A stretch of 64,000 bases of DNA, taken from Nageia nagi (taxonomy: Eukaryota; Plantae; Pinophyta). Below the pieces are notes generated by a model that had not been told where the DNA came from, searched no databases, and saw only the letters and a list, made by a program, of their open reading frames with translations. Of this stretch, positions 13,332-24,080 are shown in pieces. The stretch is taken from NCBI GenBank assembly GCA_050084985.1, contig JBITNC010000001.1, forward strand, positions 87,730,001-87,794,000, given 5' to 3'. Numbering within the stretch: position 1 is the first letter of the stretch; each line of letters begins with the position of its first letter. Made by a program: the position numbers and the translations under genes.

Positions 13332-14490
13332 AATGAAGTTCTACATTCAAACTATAACAAAAAAATGCCAACTATGATTGTTAAACTAGACATGGAGAAG
13401 GTGTATGATAGGGTAAGTTGGAATTTTCTTGATAAATTTCTACAAAATTTTGGATTCAAAGATAGATGGAGGAATTGGATATATGAGTGTATAACAACTC
13501 TAATGTTCTCAATTATTATTAAAGGAGAAGCCATGATTTTTTTTATATCACAAAGAAGTCTAAGGTAAGGAGAACCTATCTCATCATAACTATTTATTAT
13601 TATGGCAGAAGGATTAGGAAGAATTATAAAATAAACTATCAATATTAGCTAATAAAAGGTGCAAAGCTAGCTCCAAACTATGATCCAACTACTCATCATC
13701 AATTTTTAGATGACAATATCTTTCTAGCAAGGGAGGAGAAAGAGGAGCTTTGAGATTCAAATGCATCCTTAAGTTATATGAAAAGGCTTCACATCAAATA
13801 ACCAACTTCCTAAAAACTAAATTTTTCTTCCTTAATTTCCCTAAGAAGATAAGAAAGAACATAATTAAAATTTGGGGATGCTCTGTAGGTCAGTTCCCAA
13901 TAAACTACTTAGGCATGCCATTTTTTGTTAGGAGACATAGAGCCCATTAATGAGATAGTCTTACATAGAAAATACAAAATAATCTCTTAGGATGGAAAGG
14001 GAAAATTTTAACTTATGCAAGCAAGCTTAATTTAATAAAAATAGTTCTTCAAAGTATTCTATTTATTTAGCTATGGTCTCCAAAGTCCCAATTTCTACAT
14101 GTAATAAGATTGATAAGATATGTTGGAGGTTATTATGGGCTAAAGAGGAAGATAGAAGAGGGGTTCACTTGGTGGCATGGAATACCATCTACATTGAAAA
14201 AGATTTGGGGGGCCTAGGTTTAAGGAAAATGAAGTAGGTCAGTTTAGCTCTGAGAGGTAAAACTAATATGGCAGATAGCTAGTGGACATAATAAAGAGTG
14301 GATCCAAATTATCAAAGAAAAGTATATTATGGGGGAAGATATAATTCTTATAATCTACAATCTTTTTTATGAATCTACAATTTTGAATGGTATTACATCA
14401 ATAAGAGCACAAGTTATAAATCATGTTAAATGAGAGATAGGAGATGGGAGTATGTGTACATGTGGGAAGATGTTGGGTTCAAAGATAACA
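13332..14490 (+). pseudogene. L1 ORF2 reverse transcriptase fragment
   Basis: EVLHS...KLDMEKVYDRVSWNFL, RSLR*GEPIS, HHQFLDDNIF (~13694), FPINYLGMP, HLVAWNTI, GGLGLR and WED. Confidence 0.9.
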
Positions 14491-14499
14491 AAAGTGATG

Positions 14500-17400
14500 C
14501 TAGTCAATGGTTCACAAAGATAACAAAAACCCATATGTGAAAAAAGAGGAAAATAATGTAAATATGGATGAAAAACCTACTTTCACTAGATCTACTACAA
14601 CAAGGAATCAGACATTCACTTTTCCTATTCATCCTAAACTAATTTTGCAAAACTTGGTAAAAATGGGCTTTGTTAAAGCCATTAGAAAGAAAATTAGAGG
14701 ATGATAGTATTTCAATGGGAAATTTAGATTCTTATTGTACCTAAAATTAAATAAGGGGACACCCTACTAATAGTTGCAATGCTCTTGAGGTAGATATATT
14801 GGATCTCATTGCTAAAGGAAAATATGAAATCAAGGAGAATGCTCTAGATCTGGATCATGCAGTAAATACAATATCAATGTATGAGGATATTTGTGCCAAA
14901 ATTACAAGAGTATGTGTAATCTCTAATACTAATTCAAATTTGTTCACTAATTAACAAGTAAGTCTCCCTCCTAATCCTGAATTTTATAACATGATTGATC
15001 AATTGAAAACTACTCTTGCTAAAATTAGCTTATATGATCTCATTAATACATCTAAAAAATATAGGGAGTTCATGTATGATTTATTCAAAAGAGAAATAAT
15101 TCCCAAAAATATCTCTACTACTCTATTTTTTAAAAAAATTAATACATTAAAGATTATGATGCTATCCCTTTCTTTAAATTTGAAAATCTTAGAAAAGAAC
15201 TCATATCTAAATGCTTTGCACTTTATGTTACACAAATGATTCATGAATTCTAAATAAAAGTGGGAATGGTAGATCCTAGTTCAGTTGTAAATGTTTGTTC
15301 TCAAAAGGTTTTACAATGGTTATAAGATAATGATGTCACTATACCACCCTTAGAGGAACCAACTTTTTGTATAAGAGCCTATGATAGTTCATCCAAAAAA
15401 TCACTTGACTTAGTTACACTACCAATCACATTGGGTATTAGGAATGTCCAAATAAACTTTCATGTTATGAGTGTAAAAATTTCATATAATCTTCTCCTAG
15501 GATACCTTGGTTACATGAAATTGATATAGTTCCTTCTATATTGAGTGTCCATTTAAAATATGAATATGAAGGATACATACAGTCATAGGGGATCCAAAAT
15601 CATATGCACTATGTAATCTAATAGATTTGGATATTGAAGGATTGGATTTAAATTGTCCTAAATTTTAGATTATTCTAAAAGAATTTGAATCAATAGTAAT
15701 AAAGGTAGAAAAAGAGATAAAAGTTGTAGATGCAGGTATGGGAACATACAAAATTGAGAACCTTAATCCATTAGCTTTAGTGAAAGATTTGGGTCATCCA
15801 AAAATTGTAAATGATTTAAGGACATACACATCATGCTGAGAGAAATCTAGGGCATCCACATCATGAAAATGAATGGCATACAAGTGGTTCCTATTTGGTG
15901 TAATCCTTTTGTTTGAACTCATTCAATAAAAATATGATACAACACAAAAAAATGGGTAATTATTTTCCATCTCCTTTTGTGCATAAATATATGGTTAACA
16001 ATTCCAAATACAAAAGGAGAGGATTAGGGAAATTAGAACATAAAATAAAATCCATGACCTATTAATTTTATTCTATAATGCAATATGATGATATTTACAA
16101 TGATATTGATGAGGATTTATGGATATATGATACTATACCACTTTAGTTTGATTGCTTTTCTACTTATGATGACATATTAGAATACATGGGGGCACATTTA
16201 GAATGGCCCATATCTAATCTAAAAAGGAAACCAAATTATGTACTTATTCAATATGGATATTTTTGACATGAAATAAATTTTAGTGAAGTGTTTTAGGTTC
16301 AACAAACTAATGAAGATGATATTAATGATCAAGAAGTCCCAAGATTAAAGGAATTTCCTTCATTATTACAAAGAAAAGTGGAATCAACATTCTCTACTAA
16401 AGAATTGATTGATGTCAACATTGGCACAAGTGATCAAGAGAGGTTGATAAAAATTTGAATTTCCCTTCCAATACCACACTAAGAAAGGTACAAAAATAAG
16501 TTTATTGAATGTCATAAAAAATTTGCTTAATCTTATTTTGATATTTCTAGTTTAGATACATCTTTTGCAATGCATAGTTTACATCCATGAAAGGCATTGT
16601 TGGTCAAGAAAAAAATTGAAAAATATTTGAATGTTGCTCTTATTATACCTATAGATTATTTAGAATGGATGGCTAACATTGTTCTTATCACCAAACCAGT
16701 TAGAGAAATAAGAATCTGTATTAATTTTAGATATATTAATAATGCATGTCCAAAAGATGATTTTCCATTGGCAAATATTGATATGATTATGGATAGTATT
16801 GCTGGTCATGATACCTTATATTTTGTGGATAGTTTTTTGGGTTATAATTAGATTTTAATCAATCCAACTGATAAGCATAAAACAACCTTTACTACACCAT
16901 GGGAAACATTTATTGAAAAGTTATGCTATTTGGATTGAAACATGCAAGTGCAACTTATAAGCATGCAATGGTGACTATGTTTCATGAAAAAATTTATAAT
17001 TTATAGAGGTTTATATTGATGATATTTTGGTAAAGTATAAATAGGAACAAGATCATTTAGAGCTCCTTGAAGAGGTATTTTGCATCACTTCAAGAAAATT
17101 GCTAGGTTTCATGGTTTCTAAAAGAGGTATTGAGGTGGATCCCAAGAAGGTAAATGCAATTATAAGTATGCCACCTCCAAAGAATATAAAGCAATTCAAA
17201 AGTATATAATGTAAGATAAATTCAATAAGAAGATTTATTTCACATCTTGGAGATAAGTGTTTTCCTTTAATTCATTTGTTAAAAAAGGATATAAAATTCA
17301 TATGGGATGAAAAATATCAAAAAGAATTTGAGGAAATAAAATAGTATTTTCTTAACCCTCCTATTTAGTACCCATCGATTTTAGCAAGGAATTATACCTC

Positions 17401-19612
17401 TACATTTCAGCTATAATGGTTTCCTTAGGGGAAATGTTATGGCAACAAGATGATGAAAACAAGAGAGACAAATCTACTATCTCAATAAAATTCCCATAGA
17501 TTATAAAACAATGTACACTCCCATGGAAATAATCTCCTTTGTTATAGATTTTACAACATAAAAATTGAGGTATTATTTGTTGTATTGTACTACATATGGT
17601 GTTAGTCTAGTAAATCTATTGAAATATCTCATTGCAGTTAAACAAAAGTTAATAAAAGTCCAAGAAATAGCAGATTTGATAGAAGAGCTCCCTTATAATG
17701 ATGGCACAATTTTACATGAAGAATTCACATATGATTATGATAAGTATGTGCCTCATTTAGAGTATGGGAGATGTGATGGTATGTGTTCACACCATTTTGG
17801 TGATTAATGGGAGATTATGGATGAGTTTGTATGTTACATGGAATATGAACCAAATATGTGGGTATTATATTTTAATGGTTCTAAATGTACACATGGGGTA
17901 GGAGAAGGTATTATATTAATTTCTTCAAATAAGGATGTAATCCCAATGGCATATAATCTTGGATTAAATTGTACTAACAATATGGTAGAGTATGAAGCAT
18001 TATTGTTGGGTCTAAGATTAACTATGTTACTAAAATTTAGAGAGTTAAATATGTATGGTGATTCCAAACTTGTGGTTAACCAAGTTGAAGACATCTACAC
18101 TAGTTAAAACCATATAAACTAGCAGTTTTTGATTTGTTGAGTTAGTTTGATAAGTATACAATTAAGAGTATTCCAAGGATGAATAATAGGTATGTTGATG
18201 AAATGGAAGTGATGCTTCCTCAATACCCATAGACATATAATATGAGAAAACAATCATTAAAATTAAAAAGCTAGGATAACCATCATGCTTATTTGAAGAG
18301 GAAGAAGTGAAAGTCTATTGTTTAACACAAGAAGGGACTTGCCCAGGCTGGTATGTAGATGTTTATCATCACCTTAAAGATCAAATTATTTTGACACATT
18401 TTGATAGAAATAATAAAGTGATATTAAAGAGATCAAATCTCAAGTATGCCATTATCATTGATATATTATATAGGAGATCATTTGATGGAGCTTTATTGAG
18501 ATGCCTAATACATCATGAAATAGAAATAACACTCCAACAAGAACATGAAGGCATATGCAAGGGGTATTTATTTATGAAGTTTCTATATAAAAAGCCTTTT
18601 GTATAGTATAATAATATTATTATACAACAATGGAGAAAGATTGCAAGGATCATGTGAAGACTTGTCTACAATGACAAAAAATGCAAATCTTGAGAAACAA
18701 CCAACACAAGAGCTCAACATGATTGTGTCACCATGGCCTTTTGCAATTTGGGGTATTGATATAGTTGGTTTGGTAAATATACACTCTATATAAGGTCATA
18801 AATGCATTATTACAACAACAAAATATATGAACAAGATGGGTAGAGGCAATTCCTATAAAATTAGTTACATAAGAAAAGATCATAAAATTCTTGATTGAGA
18901 ACTTCATCACAAGGTTTGGTGTCCCACAACAGTTGATAATGGATAATGGGAAAAACTTTAAAGGTAATTAAATTAAATATTTATGCAAAAAGTTTCATAT
19001 TAACCAAAAAATTTCTTTAGTATACTACCTGCAAGGTAATGGACAAGCAAAAGCATCTAAAAAGATAATAAAGATATACTATCAAAAACATGGGATAGAT
19101 ACAAGAGAGATTGCCATGAACAATTACCTTATGCATTATGGGAATATAGAACAAGTGTAAGGACTAAAACATGGGAAACTCATTTCTCATTGGTTTAGGG
19201 TGATGATGATATTGTGCCATTAGATCTTGAGATTTCATCTTTGAGACTATCATTACATGGAGACATACAAGATCAAGATGCTAGAAAAGTAATGTTACAA
19301 TAGCCAGAAGCTCTTGATGAAGAAATAATTCATGCTATTGAACATCAAAAAGCATATGATAAAAGGTTAAAGAGATAATTTAGTAAGAAAAGTAAGCCAA
19401 AAACATTCCAAGTAGGAGACTTGATACTAAAAGAAAACATCAACAACATTGCTACAAATGATGAGGTAAAAGAAAAATTTGAACCAAATTGGTTGGGACC
19501 TTTTACTATGGTAGAAGCTACAAGATGATTTGCATACAAGTTATCTTCCATGGATGACAAATAAGAACAAAAAACCTTCAATTCTATTCATCTTAAAACT
19601 TCTATGCATGAA
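14500..19612 (+). pseudogene. pol: Degenerate gag-pol with two RNase H domains
   Basis: GHPTNSC (~14757), GMVDPSSVVNVC protease (~15263), EWMANIV...IRICINFR...ACPKDDFPL...DSFLGYN RT, WVLYFNGS...CTNNMVEYEALLLGL archaeal-type RNase H (17860-18100), and PWPFAIWGIDIVG and KFEPNWLGPF integrase. Confidence 0.9.
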
Positions 19613-19800
19613 TCACATAGATATGTGCATCAAAATTTAATAATACATCTAACTGAGGTACATGTATAGTATATGTTATTTTTAATTTCAACTTCTATTT
19701 TTTGTTGTAAAATGATATCAATTCTATATTTTCTACTTGCATGTCATTTACACTATGAATTTTATATAATAATACAAAAATATCAAAATATCAAAAATAA

Positions 19801-20037
19801 TGTCTTCAAATCATGGACATAAAATGTTTGATCATTGATGGTCAACAAAATAGCTAGTGATATTTCACTCACTTAAATGTAAATGAATGATGTGCCTTAT
19901 TATGTATATAAATATGGTTATGCTTATAAACATAAGAGCATAACATCTTCAAATTAGGGACATAAAACACTTGATCATCGATAGCCAATGATACAGCTAG
20001 TGAGAGTTCACTCTCTTAAATGTAAACTAATGATGTA
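19801..20037 (+). repeat. Direct repeat (~94-bp core, 143-bp period) in the 3' UTR
   Basis: TCTTCAAAT..GGACATAAAA...TTGATCAT.GAT...AGCTAGTGA..TTCACTC.CTTAAATGTAAA..AATGATGT occurs at 19803 and 19946. Confidence 0.85.
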
Positions 20038-20560
20038 ATCATGAGTGAGAATGTTGATATTAGGTTATACCTAATGGATGATGCATCTCACTATGTATCC
20101 AAAAATATGCTATATTTACAATTCCATCTTGTGTCATAGGGTATTTTTTAATTTGGTTTTCTTCTATAGGTTAAAAAAATCATCATTAAGAATTCATAGC
20201 ATTGATAACACATTATTGGCACCATTAAATATACCTCAAAAAAATTTGAAGCTTCAAAGAACCTCCTCTATATTGATACATGGATGCTAAAACATCAAAA
20301 TTGTAGGTAAAAAAGATGAATAAGTAGTTGATTCCATGCTTGAGAATCACAAGGGGCAAAGTGAAATGATAGTATTATCTTGGCTGCACTAATAAAGGAG
20401 GTTTCTTGGGGAAACCAAACCAAAAGGGGGAAGTGAAAGGGCCTATATTAGAATATCATGTTGTTGAATAAAGAGTTCAAAGTTCTCAAAATTTTCTTCT
20501 ACTCTTCTTCTTTGATATGTAACTTCATGAATTTCATTACATCTTCAAATAGGGGCAAAA

Positions 20561-21425
20561 TGTAGATGCTTAAAAATGAATTTCATTTATTAATAATTCA
20601 TTTTTATTGCATAAATGGATATTTATTGTAAATAGGGGTTGAAATACACCTGAGGTAATGCAATTAATGTAAAAGGACCACAAAACAATGTAAGTGATGT
20701 CAAATGCCTATGAAGGCATCATAAACTATGTAATATGTGATGATACCAACATAAAAAGAAGATCCAAACATGGCTATAAAATAACATTAAAGGTAAAGAT
20801 TGATAAATGAGCAGATCATCATCAACCAAATAGGATAATTCATGCATATCATACATCCATACAACAATAATATTTTCTAACACCAACTATCCATAGATTT
20901 CTTATTAATTCTTCATCGTATTTCTTATATTTCTATTTTGGCATCTATTTTTGAATGTTTTGTGACATTGGTGGTGTGCTTACTCTATAGACATCAACAT
21001 CATTTATTTGATGGTTATGTGCATAGTGATTCTATGAAGGAATTGATAGATCTAATAAGGTACATTATTTATTATTATGATAACTAGAATATTTCATATG
21101 TGTACTTCAATATTTATTACATTGTGCATTATTTCCTATCTACACTTAGTAATTATTTATAACTAATATTAAACTAATTTGTTTTGAATATAATTAAATC
21201 AATAATATCATTATAAGTGAATATAGTTGTAGAAGAATAATCAATGAATGTAAGAAATATTATGTAAGAGAATATAGGATACATGTAAAAAATATATATG
21301 TATTAGAATATGCTAAATTAGATATAACTTCTTTTATAAAAGTTTAAGAATGCAAGTTATGAGTTAAGATATAATTTGTATTGAGTTTACTCAAATTGGG
21401 AGGTTACCCCTCAAAAAGGCTTACA
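20561..21425 (+). repeat. 3' LTR (865 bp)
   Basis: TGTAGATGC after the PPT, TATAAA at 20775, ends ...AAAGGCTTACA, immediately followed by unrelated coding-like sequence. Confidence 0.75.
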
Positions 21426-22035
21426 AAATATAAATAAAAGTAGTTTTATTGAGTTTCCTTTTATCATGAGAGCCCTTAAGATATTAGAATATGATCATAT
21501 ACACAAGAAGAAAGAACATATAACTAAGGCCCTTATGAGAAATGGTTACTTCATTAGAGAGATCATAAAAGTATGAAATAAGGTGAAAGGAAGAAAAACT
21601 AGTGACCAAAATGACCATAATGATAGTGATACTCATATAGGGACCACCTAACTTCCTAACTTTATTATATTAAGGGTATAACTAAGCATATAGTTAAAAT
21701 ATTGATAAAAGCACATGTTAAAAACTCAAATCTATGAAGGACCACCTAGAATCCTTACAACATAAAGATGTGTATAATATTATTTATGAATATGGAACTT
21801 TTTACATAGGTGAAACAATGAGGTGAGTACTTGCTAGAGTCAAAGAATATTGTACAAACCTATAATATAATAGAATAGTTAAATCTTCCAAAACCAAACA
21901 TGTGGATAGTACTAAGCATAACATACTATTGTATAAGTTTAAATTCTTTACTAAATGTGATAAATTTCATGAATAAATAACTAGACAAATTATTCAAATT
22001 AATATTAACCCTAATAATCTCAATAGGGATCAATT
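21426..22035 (+). mobile_element. Penelope-like element relic (RT C-terminus plus GIY-YIG endonuclease), Dryad-like
   Basis: Manual translation gives IMRALKILEYDHIHKKKEHITKALMRNGY, YIKGITKHIVKIL, and from 21770 VYNIIYEYGTFYIGETMR*VLARVKEY...KHVDSTKHNI...ITRQIIQININPNNLNRD. This matches the Penelope pattern GVYxIxCxCGxxYIGETxR...RxKEH...REAIEI...NRD. It is not in the ORF track. Confidence 0.8.
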
Positions 22036-22228
22036 ACTTAATTATAATATATCTCTTTATTAGATCATGATTATGTATATGATAAAGACTTGGAAAATAA
22101 TGAGGGAGGAAAAGGTGAAGAAATTACTCGCAACCTAGGAAGCATTGATCGAGAATAGGAGGATTTTATTCAACAAAAAAGAGAGTAAAGAATTCTATAG
22201 AAAGATGGAGAATGATATAGGTCTTAAT

Positions 22229-23311
22229 CAAGGAAATTCATAGTTGGCTTATTTTTGCAAAATGGCTATTTTATAGGATTTTTAATTTTTTAATTTGCTA
22301 TTTTTATGCTCACTAGCCTAAGTCTAGGTAGCCTAATTATTTTTAGTTTATTTTTTTTCTTGTTTAGTTAGCCAAATTTTGATAAATTTGAAGTATTTTT
22401 TATTTAAATTACCCAAATATACCCCCACCAGATTTGTATCTTATCACCTATATTATATAAATATTTTTAATTTTCTCGAACGAATCACCTATTACACCCA
22501 AGTTCTCTAGGAAAAAGAATACAAATCGAAAAGAAAAAAGATCATACTATAATAGGAGAAGATAAGTGACTTGTTACAAAAGAAAAGTGACTTCTTACTA
22601 AAAATGAGAATCTTGTTATTGAAGATGAGTGACTTGTTACTAAATATGAATGACTTATTACTAAAGATGAGTGTATTGTTACTGAATACAAGTCACTTGT
22701 TACTACTAAAGATGAACAACTTCTTACTACAAATGAGCAACTTGTTACTAAATATGAGAAACTTATTATTGAATATTAGTGACTTGTTAATGAATACCAA
22801 TGTCTTTTTAATTGAAGATAAGTGACTTGTTACTACAGACAAGTGACTTATTACTATATATAAGTGACTTGTTACTACATATGAACAACTTGTTAATAAA
22901 TATGAGCAACTTATTAGTGAATATATGCATCTTGTTATTGGACATGAGTGACTTATTACTAAAGATGAGTGACTTGTTACCAAACATGAGCAACTTGTTA
23001 CTGAATACAAGTAACTTATTGTAGAAGACAAGCATCTTGTTACTAAAAATGAGCATCTTATTACTGAAGATGAACACCTAGTCATTATCAAGATGAATGT
23101 TTGATATACAATAATACTTCAAAGTCACTTGTAATATTTACCTTTTTAAAAAATGATATCAACTAGCCATTTTGTTATAATATAGTTCTTGGAATTTTGA
23201 AATATCGCCATTACTTCTACGGTGTTTTGGGATAAAATCATCAAGATTTTGAAATTGTCTCACCACTATTTTAGTTATTGCAATTCACCAAAATTCCTTA
23301 TGCATAACCTT
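22229..23311 (+). mobile_element. Non-autonomous Mutator-like element E1
   Basis: Termini AAGGAAATTCATA / TATGCATAACCTT (10/13 inverted match). Perfect 9-bp flanking repeat GGTCTTAAT at 22220-22228 and 23312-23320. Confidence 0.6.
22560..23097 (+). repeat. 21-bp minisatellite, ~25 units
   Basis: Consensus ~TTGTTACTAAAGATGAGTGAC. It accounts for the heptad-periodic ORFs on both strands. Confidence 0.9.
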
Positions 23312-23350
23312 GGTCTTAATGATAAAAATATTGGTTAAACATAGGACATC

Positions 23351-23643
23351 TCTTAAAAAGAGCTTTCTAATGAGTGGCCACATGATCCCCTTATATTAAG
23401 GAGTGACCCATCAAAGGTCAAAAATAAAAATGCTTATTTTGAAGTCTTAAGAAGCATGTCTCATGTAGAAGATATATGCATCACATATAAAACATACATC
23501 TTGAAGTTTCAAGATATTTGTATTCTACATGAGATGTGTATCTTGAGAGTTCAAGATGAGCATCTTCAATTTTTACCTTTGACAAGTCACTTCTTACTTT
23601 AAGGAGGACATATGATCACTTGATGGAAAGTTCTTTTCAAGAG
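23351..23643. repeat. Imperfect long inverted repeat (fold-back), ~120-bp arms, ~52-nt loop
   Basis: 23351-23470 pairs with 23523-23643 (for example TCTCATGTAGAA / TTCTACATGAGA). The loop contains ATCTTGAA-GT-TTCAAGAT. Confidence 0.8.
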
Positions 23644-23927
23644 CTAACCAATGGTATATCATTTACATAAATTAGAGATATTTGAAAACATTTATGGGAT
23701 CTAAAAAATTATTTATTTATTTTATCAATTTTTGGAGTCCATAAATTTTGTTGCATGTCTTCGATTGATGTAAGTGGCATACAATAAGAAGAATTTTAAT
23801 ATTAAAAATTTAAAATTTAAAACTAATATTAAAATAATAATCAATATAGTAATCACTTATAAATAATAATTCATAGATTATTTCAATCATTTTTAAATTT
23901 AAGTTAAGCACTTTTCAATCATACAAT

Positions 23928-24080
23928 GTTCATCATGTGACATGAGGATGCTCATCTTGTCATATGATTACATGAATCTCATTTTATCATATGAGAAAAC
24001 TCATTCTTTTAAAAAGAGTATGTTTATATTATCATGTCAAGATGCTCATATTATCAAAGCATGATGCATATCTTGTTGAA
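23928..24080 (-). repeat. Degenerate ~21-bp array, inverted relative to 22560-23097
   Basis: Units such as AAGATGCTCATATTATCA and GGATGCTCATCTTGTCA are reverse complements of the AAGATGAGCATCTT unit variant. Confidence 0.6.

Larger units (their letters stand above)
11990..14493 (+). mobile_element. L1-clade LINE, internally deleted and 3' truncated
   Basis: ORF1 with DUF4283 is followed directly by mid-RT sequence. No endonuclease, poly(A) or TSD is seen. The 5' boundary is approximate. Confidence 0.85.
14500..21425 (+). mobile_element. Tat/Ogre-type Ty3/gypsy element lacking its 5' LTR and gag start
   Basis: Domain order gag-end, PR, RT, RH, additional RNase H, INT; then 3' UTR, PPT AAATAGGGGCAAAA (20547-20560) and LTR. 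Confidence 0.9.

Noticed and set aside
17817-18107. Stand-alone host or bacterial RNase HI gene
   Set aside because: It lies between RH and integrase of the gypsy pol, which is the known additional RNase H of Tat elements and so not novel.
10606-21425. 10606 LTR as the 5' partner of the 20561 LTR
   Set aside because: The two share only a TATA box and the decamer, with no colinear similarity.
22560-23097. CRISPR-like array or leucine-rich/coiled-coil genes (ORFs 22571-22825, 22693-23091, 22808-23077, 22812-23024)
   Set aside because: The units are contiguous with no unique spacers and no cas genes. The overlapping ORFs on both strands are a by-product of a 21-bp period.
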